From contig NC_045697.1 of the NCBI RefSeq assembly GCF_009834535.1, positions 32,986,001 through 33,050,000 on the forward strand: 64,000 bases of DNA, given 5' to 3'. The first letter of the stretch is position 1; each line of letters starts with the position of its first letter. The notes beneath the pieces are model-generated. The model did not search any database. It saw only the letters and a program-made list of their open reading frames with translations, and had not been told where the DNA came from. Source of the stretch: Camelus ferus (Eukaryota). Below are positions 26,721 to 40,810 of this stretch, piece after piece. The position numbers were made by a program, and so were the translations under genes.

Positions 26721-28920
26721 TTCAAATGCACTATATTTTATATATTTTTTTAAAAAAGCAGCAAGAATACAAACACAATGACAAGCACAGAGCATAGGAA
26801 ACATAATAAACACTATTAGCGGTAGCAAATAGACAAGAAGAGGTGCCAGTGTTTAATGCGTTTCTCCCATACTTTTTCTTCCCCTTTCTTCCATGATTTT
26901 TTAAAAAATGTATAATCAAATACTTTAAAGTTTGTCATTGGAAGGCACCTAAGTAATTAGTTACATTGCTCTCTAAGGTTCTGAATCAAGTGTGTTCCCT
27001 ATACTTAAAGCTGTAATAATGAAAAAAAGAGAGAGAGAGAGACAGAGGAAACACAAGTGTATTAAATAAACAAGTATTTCTGAATACTGATCTCACATTT
27101 CTGTTGACATAGGGACTCAGAGTCATTTAGATCATGTAATCACCTCCAACTGCAAACTCTAATTTTGTTTTCCTTGTTACTAGGCTGTATACAAAGATCA
27201 TTCATGCCTTAGACCAAAAGATAAAAGTATCTTAGATAGGTAGATAGATAAAATTTCATTCTGAGGAATATTACGGAGCTTCTCATGCATCTCTAAAGTT
27301 CTAAAAGAGTTTCATAATAATTAAAATTGAGATTTGGCTAGCAGCAGTAATATTGAAGAGTAAGGATTCTGAAAAATATAGTAAGATACTTGATCTGTAA
27401 TTTACTATTATAGTTATATGCAAATTTTAAAATTATATACTTTTAACTCAAATCTAATTTTATTAATACAATACAAATCAATAGTTTTTAAGTATGTCAA
27501 TTTTAACTGACAAAAAGTTGCACTGAAAATTCGCATAAAATAAGACCTCAACAATTTTTGATTTATGCCCTGTGATGTGTTTATATGATGGACTATATCA
27601 CCATAAACAGAAGAACAAACTCCCAGAAAATTCCCCGTCTTAGCCATCAGGGTAAGAGTATTCACACTTAAAGTAATACAGGTGTCCGAGGATTATTAAA
27701 GAGGATGCCTTATCAGTATAAAAGTTATTTTCTTGGGAAGCTATTTAGAAATGTGTCATACAAGATGCATAAAACAACAGCATAGGATAGTCATGAGAAG
27801 ACATAATTTCCTTAGATTTCATTTGACTTTGGGTTAGTAATTGAATCTGCCAAGCATTCTAAAATTTGTAAGAAAGGGCTAGATGGGAATAAATCCCCTA
27901 TTAGTAATGCTATTCAGTGCCTGTGAAAACTCTTAAAATTGAATTTTAACTTTGAGGCTCATTGTATGCAAACATGAGGAATGATCTGCAAGAGATTTGT
28001 GAGATTAAATATGCTGATAGTGTTATTGATTCCATTGCCCTCATGTGATGAACAAGGAAGAATATGTCCCCTGCCATGCAGCCCTCCCCAAGTATTTTGT
28101 TAAGTCACTTGCAATTTTTCAAATGGAAGAAGAAATACTCCATTTTACTTCTTTTTTCCAAGAAGAAGTGGGAAGTTTCTTCTCCTGGTATTCTACTTAA
28201 AAAGGACAGAAAATTGAAGCTACAAAACTGTAACATTCTTTACTTAGGCATGTTCCTTTGTTTTCTGTATTATGTACAAATAACACTGTCTCCTGATCAG
28301 TGTCTGCATTTCATAGATTTCATATTTTTATCTTTGATTTCTAGTATAGCTGTAGGTTTCCCTAACATTCTCCTGCAGGTTCTATGCTATAATTTTTCTT
28401 CCTAATGAGAGAAACAAAGTCAATCATGTCTTGAACTGCCAAGTCATCTATTATTTTAAACAAAGCTAACCATTTTCACCTTGAGTAGGATAATTCCATC
28501 CTTAAGCCGTTTATCTCTATGTCCAATATCACACACAGATTCATGGGCTAGTATGATTTTTATTTGATTTCTTATCTTTTGTGGTTTCCCTGAGACCCTA
28601 ATCTCATAAATGTCCTTTATATTACAGGTTATGAGTTATTCGCAAACTCAAAAATAATATTCTTTAGTTATTTTCATAAACTTGTATGTCAAACATGTTC
28701 AAAACTTATATAACCACCTATCATAATCAGAAGATTAAAAGAAACTTCCACAATTGCTTTTATTAACTATTTCATATTGACAGCTGAAAAAAAAATCTCT
28801 CAGTGTTTCCTGTGGTTTGATTCATGCCATGCTTGTTACCTTTTGCTCCAGTCAGCCTTTATGACCCAGTGGCAATTAAAATCTCTTCTCTGCTATTTCT
28901 GTAAGTTTCGTATTTTAAAG

Positions 28921-29160
28921 CAAGGTCAAAAACTTTTTCTCCATAAAGAATCAGATAATAAATATTTCAGACTTTGTGGACATTGTGACCTCTGTCATAA
29001 TTACTCAACTCTGCTATAGCACCATACACGCCACCATAGACATTATGAAACAAGTGTGTAGGCTATCATCCAAGAAAACTATACAAAACAAAACAAACAA
29101 ACAAAACCGCCCAAAAAACATATTGCCTGATTTGGGCTGTGGGCTGCTGTAGTTTCCTGT
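28921..29160. mobile_element. MER58A-like hAT-Charlie MITE
   Basis: caaggtcaaaaacttttt...cagataataaatatttcagactttgtgg...ttactcaactctgct...gatttgggctgtgggc. Confidence 0.75.
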
Positions 29161-31139
29161 TTAAATCATTTAAATGTAAGCTGACATCTATTATTTCAAC
29201 CCTTCTGTGTTCATCTACATGTCAGAAACTGTCCCCATCATCTCTCAAAAAAAAAAAAAAAAAAGAGAGAGATCTTTACATCTCTTAAAAGTTCTAAGTT
29301 AACAAAAAGTTCTTCTTTATGTAGCATAATGTTTAGAAGATGCTGGTCAGTATTACTCCCCAAGCTGGAAATTTCATTGTGTACGTAAATATCTTGATCT
29401 GCTTTGTCAATCATAGCATTGGCATTAGGCCCTTGTGATCACAAGATGGATTCTATAGTTCAAGACATCCTTTTTATGCAGGAATAAGGTGGAAAGTTCA
29501 AGGACATAGGAAAAATAATATCTAGCTGAACTTGCCCACTTTTTAAAGTGCTTATCAGAATCTGTAACAATTTCTGATTGCATCTTATAGTCAAGAACTG
29601 AATCCTATAGTACCTGTAATAACAAAAAAAGAAAAAAAGAAATGTGTAGTTTATTTCCTTCTGTTAAATTAATTAATATAATAACTAATATATTAATTTA
29701 TATTTCTTATAAAAAAAAGAAAAAATAGACATACAGCTAGTGGTGTCAGTCTTCCTCCAAAGAAAGTAACTCTCTCCTCCAATTCAAACAACTTATCATC
29801 TTTTGTATTTATCTTACATTATCACTGTTTCTAATCAGAAATAAACTTCAAAACCACTTTTTCTTAAACTGGCCTTATTTCCATAGTCTGAGTATATGTG
29901 GTATTTAGAGACAGCATTTTTCAGTATTTCCTTTTTACATTTTTTTCTTATCTTTTGAATTTGTAGTAGTTTTCAATGCTTTTATTCTCTTCACTCAATG
30001 ACAAAGATAAAAAATTACTCTTATTTATAAAGTGTCTCTTTTGTTCTTCATCTACTTACTGATAAACTAATCTACCCACTATTACTGGTCCACATTCTGG
30101 GCCACTGAAATCAGCAAACGTATACAGAGTCTATAGAAAGAGCAATCCAGAGCCTGTTGGTGTCATACACTGGGCAAAGAGAGTAAAGCAGATTTTATAG
30201 TTTCCTCCTTTATCCTGAATAAAGATCAAAGCTAATAAGGAGAAGTAAAATTTGAGGCAGCCAATATAAATCTTTCTACTCATATAAGATAGATATAGTA
30301 CCATCTGTCTGAAAGCCCCCAACCTTTTACATGTTGGTTTGTTAGAAATTAATTGGGAGGGTGCTTAATTTTACCCTACACTACTGTATGAGAAAGTGGA
30401 TAAGGTTGAGGAGGGGACCAACAGTAGTGAAAGGTTTCTCCTTGCTAAACCTAAACAACAAAAACAGCAGCAACCCATACACAGAAACCCTGTGTTTTAT
30501 GAGGAACTTCACGTAGAATTGGAACAACTTCTATTTCTGAAAATTAAATACCAGCTCAGCAGCTACCGCTATAGGTGGCACAATCATCTCAAAACATCAG
30601 AACTTGTTTATTAAAGATCAGACTTCGGACTTGTGCCTATATATCATCTATTAATATATCATCCAATAACTGAAAATAGGAGCATGTGACTTCCATGAAT
30701 AGAGAAATCAACTCATAGCACTTCTGGTATGCAGATTATCAGTATAGAACAAACCATCACTTTTCTCCGCTTTTGAGAAATCACCCAAAATCATCATGTA
30801 GAATAAGAAATAATTATGAAAAAAGCATGTTAATGAAACTAGCTGATACATAAAATCCCCCAAAAGTAAAATAATTAGAGGGGCCACCACTGCTTTAAAA
30901 AAATGATTGTCAATCAGGGAAAAACAAGAGGTTACAAGGAGGGTACTATGCACATAAGAATTTCAGAAGTCATCAAGGCACATTTCTAGGAAGCAAGGTG
31001 CACACCTTGAGACAAAGAAAAAATCCTAAACTCTCTTTTTGAAACACCAGGCTAATGATCAAAATCTTCCATAGACTCAGTTGAGTTTTTTGAGAATCAG
31101 AGTAGGTATGGATAAATTAGTAATCTCACACAAAAGCCA

Positions 31140-31753
31140 CATACCATAAGATCCAGCAATTCCACTTCTGGGTCTTTTTCTGAAGAAAACAAAAACACTA
31201 ATTCAAAATAGATATATGCACCCCTATGTTCATTGCAGTATTATTTAAAATAGTCAAGATATGGAAGTAACCTAAGTTTTGATTGACAGATAAATGGACA
31301 AGAAGATGTGGTATTTATTCACAACAGAATATTAGTCATAAAAAAGAATGAAATATTGTCATTTGTAACAACACAGACGAACTTGGGGAGTATTATGCTA
31401 ACTGACATAGTCAGAGATAAACAAATACTGCATGTTATTATCCCTTACGTGTAGAATCTAAAAAACCAACCAAACAAACAAACAAACAAAATAGAAACAG
31501 ATACTGAAAACAAACTAGTAGTTACCAGAGGAAAAAGAGGTGAAGGGGTAGGTAAAATAAGTGAAGGGGATTAACAGGCACAAACTACCAGTTATAAAAC
31601 AAGTTAAGTCACAATGATGTAAGGTAACCCAGGGAATATAATCAATAATATTATAATAATTTTGTATGGTGCATAATATAAAAAAATAGTGAATCACTAT
31701 GTTGTACACCTGAACTAATATAATATTGTATGTCAACTATACTGCAATAAAAA
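31140..31753 (+). mobile_element. 5'-truncated L1 3' end (laurasiatherian type)
   Basis: taccataagatccagcaattccacttctggg...cacctgaactaatataatattgtatgtcaactatactgcaataaaaa; possible TSD aaaagccacat / aaaggcccacat. Confidence 0.9.
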
Positions 31754-32019
31754 GGCCCACATTTGTACTTTGGCTCTTGTGTAGGTATAGCCATATACAT
31801 CAAAAGAACAGACTACAGAGTCCAAGATCAAATGCAACTTACAATTAATGTATAGAAAGTCCCTGTCAAATCAGTGAGGACATTATGCTTTATATGATTA
31901 ATTTTGTTAGATAAACAAAGTAGCTATTTTAGGGAAAAAAAGTATGATTATACCATCAATAAAGATATGACATCTTTAATATATAAAATTCTACAAATTT
32001 TTAGTACAAATACTCAAGA

Positions 32020-32850
32020 GAGAATTAGCAAACAATAGTTCAGATGAAAGAAAATATAAATGGATCATTAACATGTAAAAAGAAGCTTAACATCATTTCT
32101 GATTAAAAATGCAAATTAAACTATATTAAGATAATAATTATTCTGTTGGATTGCCAAAAATTAGAGATAATACTTTTTTTCAAGAGTGTGGAAAAACAGA
32201 TATAGCTATTGTAGTTAAAAGAATAAACTTGTATACTCTTCCAATTAAAAAAAAAATCTGGTAGGATCTATTAAACTTGCAAATGAAAATTTATTTTACT
32301 TGGCAATTTCATTTCTAGAAAATTATCCTGAAAATATATTTACTCTTATGTGGAAATATATATTAATAAATATGTTTTTAGTCACCATGAAGTTTAGAAA
32401 TATGTTAAATAATAATCCTTGGGACTAGTTAAATAAATCATATAAACCATACTGTGTGCTATTTAATAAATTAGAAAATTCTTCATGAATTACTAAAGAA
32501 CCAATTTAGGTATGTGTATTTAAGTGAAAAAAAAAAGAAAGAAAAAAAAAAAAACCAAACCAAACATAGCACAGTGCAGAACAATGTCACAGTAGGCCAT
32601 GTTTTTTAGAAACAAAGATGGAAAAATTATACATACCCATGTGTGTGTGTGTTCGCTTGAATTTACATTAAAAAATCTCTGATAGTGTGAAAAACCACTA
32701 ATGGCGTAATGGCATATTTTGTTTCCATGAGCAAGAACTGAACAATGGGAGAGTGAGAGTGAGCGGCTAGTATTTTAGTGCCAGTACGTCTGTACCTTTT
32801 GAATTGAGAACCAAATCAATCTTATCATCTCCTCAAAATAAAATATTATT
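32020..32850 (+). mobile_element. Degraded L1ME 3' region
   Basis: aaatggatcattaacatgtaaaaagaagcttaacatc...aatgcaaattaaa...gcaatttcatttctagaaaattatcctg. Confidence 0.6.
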
Positions 32851-33399
32851 TCAAAAAATTTTTGAAATGTTTAGTATAGACAACAAGAAGCCATCTGAGC
32901 TGTTTAATATAGACTAGCTATGTGTTGGCCTGTGCTGCCCAGTCTGTTTAATTGGACAGAAGACAGCATGGAAGAGGCCTCTAAATTTCTGTCCCTGTAC
33001 ATGATTAAACCAAGGTGAAGGATGGTGGCAGTGGTTGTGAGGACCTTAGTCTTTTCAATCTTAGATGAGGCAGGAAACTGCATGAGTGTCATTTGCAGTT
33101 TCAGGCACTAAAAAGAGCCAGCTTATTCAAAAGGGCTGGATTCTCATTCAGTATCTATATAGAAGAGCGCTAGAAGTTGAGATTTTTATGAGCCCTGAAT
33201 TTTAATACACATTAACTCAACTGACAAGCAGAGACAGATGAATGTCATGTTCTGACAACGAAGATTCACAATTCTCAGAGGGCTGGAGAAGTAAAATGGT
33301 AGAGAGGGTTAGAGGGGAAGTTGTACCTTCAATATTCATTACTATAGGGAGGGAGGACAAGAAATTCTCTTTCCCTGTAAACCAAATCTAAAACCTAGG

Positions 33400-33950
33400 T
33401 GTAAAGACAATAAGAGATATGTTCCTTATCTCCCTCCCTTCCACAATAATATTTAGTTTTACTAAGGAGATGATTGAGAAACGTCAGAATACTTCTTCTT
33501 CTTCTTTTTTTTTTTTTTTTGGTAGCTAATGTAGTTTTCTGCCTAGGTAATTGTTGTATTTCTTTTTTATTCTTAAAATTCAAATGCTATGCTAGAGAAT
33601 TTCTGAGAGTCAATCTTGGCTGTAATCTTGGAGGTAGAATGGGTTCTTCTAGCTTCAAACTTATGTCTTTAATCAGTCCTGAAAAGTGTTATTCTATCAT
33701 ACTTCTGGTTTATCTCTGTGGGACTCCTTCTCAGGCAAACCATATTATCAACATGCTGGAATTCTGTTGTCTGTTTTCCTCCAAACCTTCACTGTTTTCT
33801 GCCTCTTGGCCATTTTCCCCTTTTCTGGGGTCGTCTTTGAATATTCCTTCATGTATGATATTTCTTATATCTCTAACTCCCTCTGCTACAGTGTTAATCT
33901 GTGAATAATAGTCTTAAACTGACTTAGCTATTTCCATTGTAGAGAAGAGG
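33400..33950 (-). mobile_element. Old L1/HAL1 ORF1-like fragment, antisense
   Basis: T-rich tract ttctgcctagg...attcttaaaattcaaa...aaacttatgtcttt...tcctgaaaagtgttattc resembles antisense L1M/HAL1. Confidence 0.4.
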
Positions 33951-34407
33951 AAGTCGTGCTGCACCATGGCTGCCTGCCATCTCCCTGTTCATATACGTAT
34001 TATAGGCTAAAGGCAGAGATGCCAGAGAATTCTGAAATGTGGGTGTTCATTATGTGATGGGTCTGCTTGGCACAGGTAAGGGAGGCACTCGAGGCTGGAG
34101 AGGTGAGGTCAAGATTTGGACCTCAGCTCCAGTATTAATTTGGTCCTCCTAGCATTTAGCACAGTGCCCAGCATGAGATGTATTTTTTTAGTGAATTATT
34201 TAATGCATGAATATTTCTTCTTCCAAAAATGAAGACAGTAAGTGTAGATGATCCTGATAATATTTTCAGCTTTGGGGATAATGCTTTTTCCAAAAACTAT
34301 TTATTTCTGTTATGCAAACATATTACATTCATGTAATGATATTAAAGATTATTACATTGAAGATACTGTGTGATCATACTCAGTTTTGCTCAAATTCTGT
34401 CCATTTA

Positions 34408-34640
34408 GAAAGGCAGTATCCTGTGGAGAGTAGAATAAGGCTTTGGAATTAGATAGATCTTGGTTAAAAACCCACCTTTACTATTGACCAACTGTATAAC
34501 CAGCCCGAGTCTCAGTTTCCTCATTGTAAATGACCTAATTAAGATCCACTCCAAAAGGTTATTGTGAAAATTAAATAAGATGATGCATATAAAGTACTCA
34601 ATCCAAAGTTTAGTGCACAGTAAGTGCTACATACATGTTG
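34408..34640 (+). mobile_element. MIR SINE
   Basis: aggctttggaattagatagatcttggtt...gagtctcagtttcctcattgtaaatg...aaattaaataagatgatgcatataaag...taagtgct. Confidence 0.85.
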
Positions 34641-34696
34641 TGTATGTATATCACATGAAGGAAGACTATCACTTCCCTTTTCCATACCTCTAATCC

Positions 34697-35015
34697 TTTT
34701 TTTTTTTTAAGTTTTATTGAAATACCATTGACATACAGCACTGTGTTAGATTACGGTGTATTGCCTAATGGCTTGACTTACATATATTGTGAAATGATTA
34801 CTACAATAAGTTTAGTGAATTATGTTATCTCATATAGATAGAAAAAATGGAAAACAGTGTTTTTCCCTGTGCTGAGAACTTACAGAATCTATTCTTTTAG
34901 CAACTGTCAAATATACCATACAGCAGAGTCAACTATAGTCATTATGTTGTATGTTACATCTCTAGAACATATTTATCTTATGTTTGTGCTTTTTGACTAC
35001 CTTCATCCAATTCAT
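34697..35015 (-). mobile_element. L1 3' end, antisense (L1MA9-like)
   Basis: Poly-T, ttttattgaaataccattgacatacagcactgtg...tgtgaaatgattactacaataagtttagtgaa...ttttgactaccttcatccaatt. Confidence 0.85.
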
Positions 35016-35744
35016 TCTAGTTCATTTTTGTAAAATTACTTATACATTTGAATGGTTGATGTTTAATGATTCTCACTGAAAATGAGCTATCTCTGTTAAA
35101 AACTTGAAACATATCTCTAAATTACCAGAAGCATAGTCATGATAATTAATTGTAATAAAGCAAGACTTAATCAGTTCTAATAATTGTATCCTGTGCTATT
35201 TGAAACACAGAATCATTGTATTCTCTTGGATGCCTTTTTACATAATTGTCCTATTTGTTCCAACTAACACATTCAGACAAAATGACGTGTCAGCTCATGT
35301 ATTGATTCAACCTAATTTATTTCTGATGTACAACAAATTGGAAGTAACGATAGCCATTTTTCTTAAGTGTTAACAGTATAGTACCTAATGCAGGGAAATC
35401 ACTTGGCGATTTTTGCTATTATATTTAAACTGAAGAAACTAACTACCAATAATATTTTATATACTTGGGAAGCTACTGGGATGTTCATTGACAGCTTTCC
35501 GAATTCCAGTATAATTCTATTTGTCTTTTGTGTCAGGGGCCTCTTATGCTGAGTGGTTACTCATTTTTGTACCTATTGCCCCAAATTTGGCAATCAGTAT
35601 GCCTTCAGCATTCTGAGATTTTGACATCACCTGTCTAGTGCTCACCATCCCAGTACAACTGCTTGCCTTAACTCACTTCAAAATGCTAATCCTTAGGAAT
35701 ATATTGTCTGCTCTATACCTTGATAAAAATGAAATACAGGGTGG

Positions 35745-36460
35745 GGTTGAGTTTGAGTTCTACAGGTAGATGTGCTTGTGGTCCTGGCTCGAGTACTTAC
35801 TAGCGAAATGATCTTAGGCAATTTACTGAAGCTCTCTAAGCCTCACTTTCATCTATAAAAAAGCAATAGTAAGTGTATCTTAAAGGTTTCTGTTAAAAAC
35901 AAAAGAAAACCTCTAGCTAGTTTAGGCAGACAGGTTTTAAGTATTTACAAAATATACTGGAAGAACAAAGGAACTGGTTAATTCCTTTGAACAAGTTGAA
36001 GTTCAGGAAGAAATCAGCCCTAGAATCTCACTGCATCTCCCACTGTGTGGAAAACTGAAATAGAGCTAAAGAAAGTCAGGAAATAATGGAGTTTTTGACC
36101 GCAGAACCATGTGGTGATGTACTCCGTCAAAATACATGCTTGTAGCTTGCTCTTTCCCCCGCTTAATATAGTTCAATGTTCTAGTCATGTGCAAGTGCAT
36201 CATATTGGCAAACTCAACAAAATCCAGAAAGCTGCTATCAAGGGAGCATCAAAAAGGTAAGATTATTAGATTTCCAAAGAAAGCACATAGAAGGAACTCA
36301 TAACAGATGTTGAGCCAGCCAATCTATTGTGTCTACCAAAATAATAATACATACTTTGGAGTCCTGTTTGACTGATTACATCAGATAACACATATGATTT
36401 TCTTGGATCATTGTTTATATACAGTAAAGTCACAACAATTGCTAGCTAGTATGATTATTA
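35745..36460 (+). mobile_element. MIR split by an MLT1-like insertion (about 35874-36337)
   Basis: tgatcttaggcaatttactgaagctctctaagcctcactttcatctataaaa is the MIR core; MIR-like 3' half resumes near 36340. Confidence 0.55.
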
Positions 36461-36674
36461 TAATAATATTATTGTTATATAATATAATAATACAGTTATT
36501 CTTGACCAACTATCTATATATGTCCTCTCCTTGGTTTTTCTTTGCAAAGCTGGAAGAAAGTGCACTTTTTCAAAAAACTCTATAGTCAGTGATAAGGGAA
36601 TAAGAAAGAAGAAATGATTATAGAGACTACCAGAAACACAAACCAAAAACAGATTTTTTTTTTAATATAAGCAT

Positions 36675-37730
36675 GTTTTCCAAATATATAAGGGACTCCT
36701 GAAACTCATTAGCAAAGAATCAAACTTAAAGTGGGCAAAGGACTTGAATATACAATTATCCTAAAAAGATATAAAAATGGCCAACAATTATAAGGAAAGG
36801 TGCTCAACATCACTAATCATCAGGAAAATGCAAATCAAAACCACAATGAGATATTACTCTACAGCTGTCAGGATAACTATTAACAAAAACAACCCCCCAA
36901 ATAACAATTGTTTGTTGAAGATGTAAAGAAATTGGAATACTTGTACACTCTTGGTAGGAATGTAAAATGGTACAGCCAGTATAGAGAACAGTATGAAGTT
37001 TCCTCAATATTAAAACAAGAACTACCATATGATACAGCAATACCACTCCTGGATATATTTCAGATGAAATGGAAATGAGGAGCTTGAAGAGATATCTGTA
37101 ACCTCATGTTCATTGCAGTATCATTCATAATAGCCAAGATATGGAAACAACCCGAAGGTCCACTGATAGATAAATGAATAAAGAAATTGTGGTATATTCA
37201 CAATAGAATATTACTCAGTCTTTAAAAAAAAAAAAAGGGAAGGAAGTAACTCCCATTTGCAACAACATGGATGTACCTGGAAGACATTATGCTAAGTGAA
37301 GTAAGTCAGTCACAGAATGATACATACTGCGTGGTTCCACTTATATGATGTATTTGAAACAGTAAAACTTATAGAGGCAGCAGACAGATCGGTTGCTGCC
37401 AGGATATGTGGGAGGAGAATATAGGGAGTTGTTGTTCAATTGGTATAAAGTTATATTTGCGCAAGAGTCGGTGCCTGTAGGTAACAGTATGGTGTTGTAC
37501 CCTTAAAAACTTGTTAACAAGGTAGATCTCATATTAAGTATTCTTACTGTTAAACACACACACATAAATGGACACCCAGGAAACTTTGGAGATGCGTATG
37601 TTTCTTATCTTGATTGTGGTGATGGTATTGTAAGTATAGGCATATGTCTAAACCCATCAAATTGTGTACATTAAATATATGCAGTTTTAGTGTATAAATT
37701 ATACTTCAACAAAGCTGTAAAAAACTTAAA
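36675..37730 (+). mobile_element. L1MA10/L1MB-type 3' end
   Basis: tgctcaacatcactaatcatcaggaaaatgcaaatcaaaaccacaatgagata...gacattatgctaagtgaagtaagtcagtcacaga...aattatacttcaacaaagctgtaaaaaa. Confidence 0.92.
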
Positions 37731-38354
37731 AGATTAAAAGTAAACAAAACTCATCACATCTGCTCTTTGATTACACAGGCTTCATAACACCATGACTGAT
37801 TGTAATTTTTGTCCTAACACCCGGTTTTCCTCTGCTATAGAGAAGTCGGAATAATTGTAGCTCAGATAGTTTCTCTGGCAAACTCAAAGTAAGTGAATTC
37901 AGACAAGTTGTTAACTTATTTGAACTGTTCTTCCTTCAGTTTTAAAGAGATACCAACACCTATCCCAATTGTTATCAAAATCAATGAAAGTAACATATAT
38001 TGAAAATCAGTTTGCTTTGTCAATAATATTGGTTTTGTTTTTCCCCTCTTCATTCTCTTATGCCACAACAATCAAGACTCCTCATCAAACATGTTGCATT
38101 ATATTTACTAAAGACAAGAGACCCTTATTTCAACTCTGAAGCTTACCTAGAGTTTTTCCTTTTTATTCTATCAACCCTGTGAAAGACAGGAGTTTTTCAA
38201 GGTTGCCTGGCAACACGAAAGTCTCTCTTCAGACCTTGACCCTTAAACACAGAGTTATGGCTTTACTGCTATATGTCTAATAGGATATCTGTAATAGCCA
38301 TGAACTACACTTAGCATTCACATAATGGTGATAATGGCAGTAATAACAAGAATA

Positions 38355-38560
38355 TTAATAGCTATCATTGAGCACTGAGCACAACTTGGCACAGTTAGTA
38401 GCACTTTTCATGGATTAACTAATTCAATCCATACAGAAGTCCTGAGGTTGCCCTATTTTTACCCAATGAAGAAATTTACCAAAGTCATACATTGAATAAG
38501 TGGTAGTGCTGTGGTTTGAAACTGGTTTTGGAGACCATGTTCTTAACCAGTGAGCTACAT
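38355..38560 (-). mobile_element. MIR fragment
   Basis: aatagctatcattgagcact...tttaccaaagtcatacattgaataagtggtagtgctgtggtttgaaac. Confidence 0.7.
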
Positions 38561-40242
38561 GATATTCTGTATAAAAAGAATTACAAAAATAGAATAAAAA
38601 TGCCTCATTATTTCACACTTCGCTGTGATAAACTCTATACTGATATACTCCAGAGGCCAATGTCTTCTAACTTATCACCTGGATCTTCGGTTAATAGTCA
38701 CTGACTAGACTCCTAGACATCATATCTGACCTACCCAATCAGAATCTCTAGATGTAGAACCTGGAAATCTGTGTCCTAGGAGTTCTTATCATCAGAGAAA
38801 TTAGTGAAACACTTCTGTAAGTTTTAAAGTCTAGCAGAGTATTATGTTTTTCATTGGATGAAAAGCCTCAGCTCCCTACTTTGAAGCAATGCTACTCCTG
38901 CAAGAAGAGAAATAGCATAAAAATTGTATGCTTTTGGCAAAAATAGTTTCACTGTGAGCCTTGAAACAAGAGCAGCAAGAGAATTTCGACGAGGCACCTT
39001 AAAATGGCAAGCTGGAGAGAGCAGCCACATCTTCCCTGTGTAAATGTTTTCCAAGCCTAGAGCCTGAAGGCAGAAGTAGGCAGCTTGTGCACTGCTGGGG
39101 CCTGTGCTTCTAAAATTAATTTATGAATAAAAGTGACAGTTGATTTTAAAAACTTTGTTTCTAGATACAGAAATAGAGATGATTACATGCAAAAGAACAA
39201 AAACACTTAAGTTGAATGAGCATTATCATGGGAATCAAAATCCCTGCGTTTCACCTAAAAATCTTCTTTAAGAGAAAATCTTTGAGTATGGTTAGTCAAT
39301 AATATGCTTATGATTTTTATATGTTTTCTCATTTTCCCTTCAGGATCTTCCTTGAAAACAGAATATGATTGCTGTGCCCTGCCAAAGGGTACCTGAGAGC
39401 ATGCTGGAAGAGAATAAGGCCTGGACTTAAGAAAAGGTTAGATTTGTAGCAGTTTTGAAGTTTTTGTTTGTTGTGACATCGTTATTGTTGGAAATTCTCA
39501 AGGCATGGTGACAATTAAGTCAAGTCTTATCTATAATGTTATAAATTAATCCCAAATTCAAGTTTATCATTAGTGGGAGGGAAGTTTAAGGCCCAGGAAC
39601 TCTCACAGGGGGAAATGGGCTGCTTATAGTTTTGGAGTTATAGACTGGAAAGGGTGACACCATCCAGCAGATCTGAAATCATTTCAGAAGTTCTGTTTCC
39701 ATCAAAGGGAAGATAGAAATGCCGAGCATCTCTTCCAAGACACAGACTAGACAAAGTAAAGACATAAATGGACTTTCAGCTTTAATAGAACACAGGGCAG
39801 TGCTCTGCCCCCTTCTCTCTGTTGTAAAATTTGTATTATTTCTAGGCTGCAAAGCTCAGTAAAGAGATGGATTTTCCTTTACTGAGCTGTCCTCTGTCAT
39901 GGTAAATGGGTGACTGGAGAATCCTGTAGAGTACTCAGTCTACATCACAAAGAGCCACAGTGATACAAGAAATAACAAACCTTATTCTTAACACTTCTCT
40001 TGAAGGTAATGCAGCTACTTACTACTTCTTCTCTGAGAGTTATTCTCTCACAATTATGTCATAGTTTACAATGACGCCTCCACATGTACTACAATGTACA
40101 TGTCCTAGTTGGTAAACATGGAATACCTCTGGGGGACTGGCTCCTTTGAATGCTACCATTCTCTCTAATGTATCCACTGGAGCTGCATGCCTATCATTCC
40201 AAGCCCTACCCATCCTTCCTCTGGCCCTTTTTGCTTTCCTGG

Positions 40243-40810
40243 CTCACTCATTCATTCATTCATTCAATGCGTTTTTATTGAGTGCCTCTAAACTAGAAAC
40301 ATAAGTTAGGGTTTTGGGATACAAAAGTAAACAAAATGGATAAAAATCCCTCATGGACCTCTCATTCTAGAAGTGAAGACTGGCTATAAACAATGTAAAT
40401 AGGCAAAATATATATATATTTTTTAGTGGTAAGCACTAAGGAGGGAAAAATGAGTCAATAAAAGAAGATATGAAGTATGGGGGAGGAGAGACGGTGAAAC
40501 TTTTGAGAGAATGGCCAGGGGTAAGCCTCTCTGATAAACTGATTTTTGACTCAAGACTTAAAGAATATCAAGCATTAAGATTATAGCATTATATGGACAG
40601 AAGAAACAGCGAATGCAAAGTGATTGAGGTGGGATCAGGCCTGGAATATCCAAAGAGCAACAAGGAAGTCAGTGGTTGGAGTGGAGAGTGAACGGGAGAG
40701 TTGTAACAGATGGACTGGTGACAGGTGGCAGTGGGGGGCTCAGTAGACCACGGAAGGGCTCCGTTTTTACTGTGGATGAAATGGAAACCATCCACTGCTC
40801 AGTGAGGATG
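40243..40810 (-). mobile_element. L2 3' portion, antisense
   Basis: cactcattcattcattcattcaa...tttattgagtgcct...ggatacaaaagtaaacaaaa...gaaacagcgaatgcaaag...agcaacaaggaagtcagtg. Confidence 0.85.

Noticed and set aside
33474..33908. Longest ORFs (144 aa here; 139 aa at 12642-13061; 126 aa at 17929-18309; 130 aa at 55195-55587)
   Set aside because: They are low-complexity F/L/S/I/Y-rich frames over antisense L1, L2 or microsatellites, with no recognisable domain.
33941..34081. Strong donor cag/gtaagg with an upstream caccatgg
   Set aside because: The ATG frame stops within about 12 codons and there is no promoter or partner exon.
39344..39436. 93-nt candidate exon (ttttcccttcag acceptor, aag/gttaga donor)
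   Set aside because: All three frames contain stops and the donor is mediocre; at most a non-coding exon, which I cannot support without RNA data.
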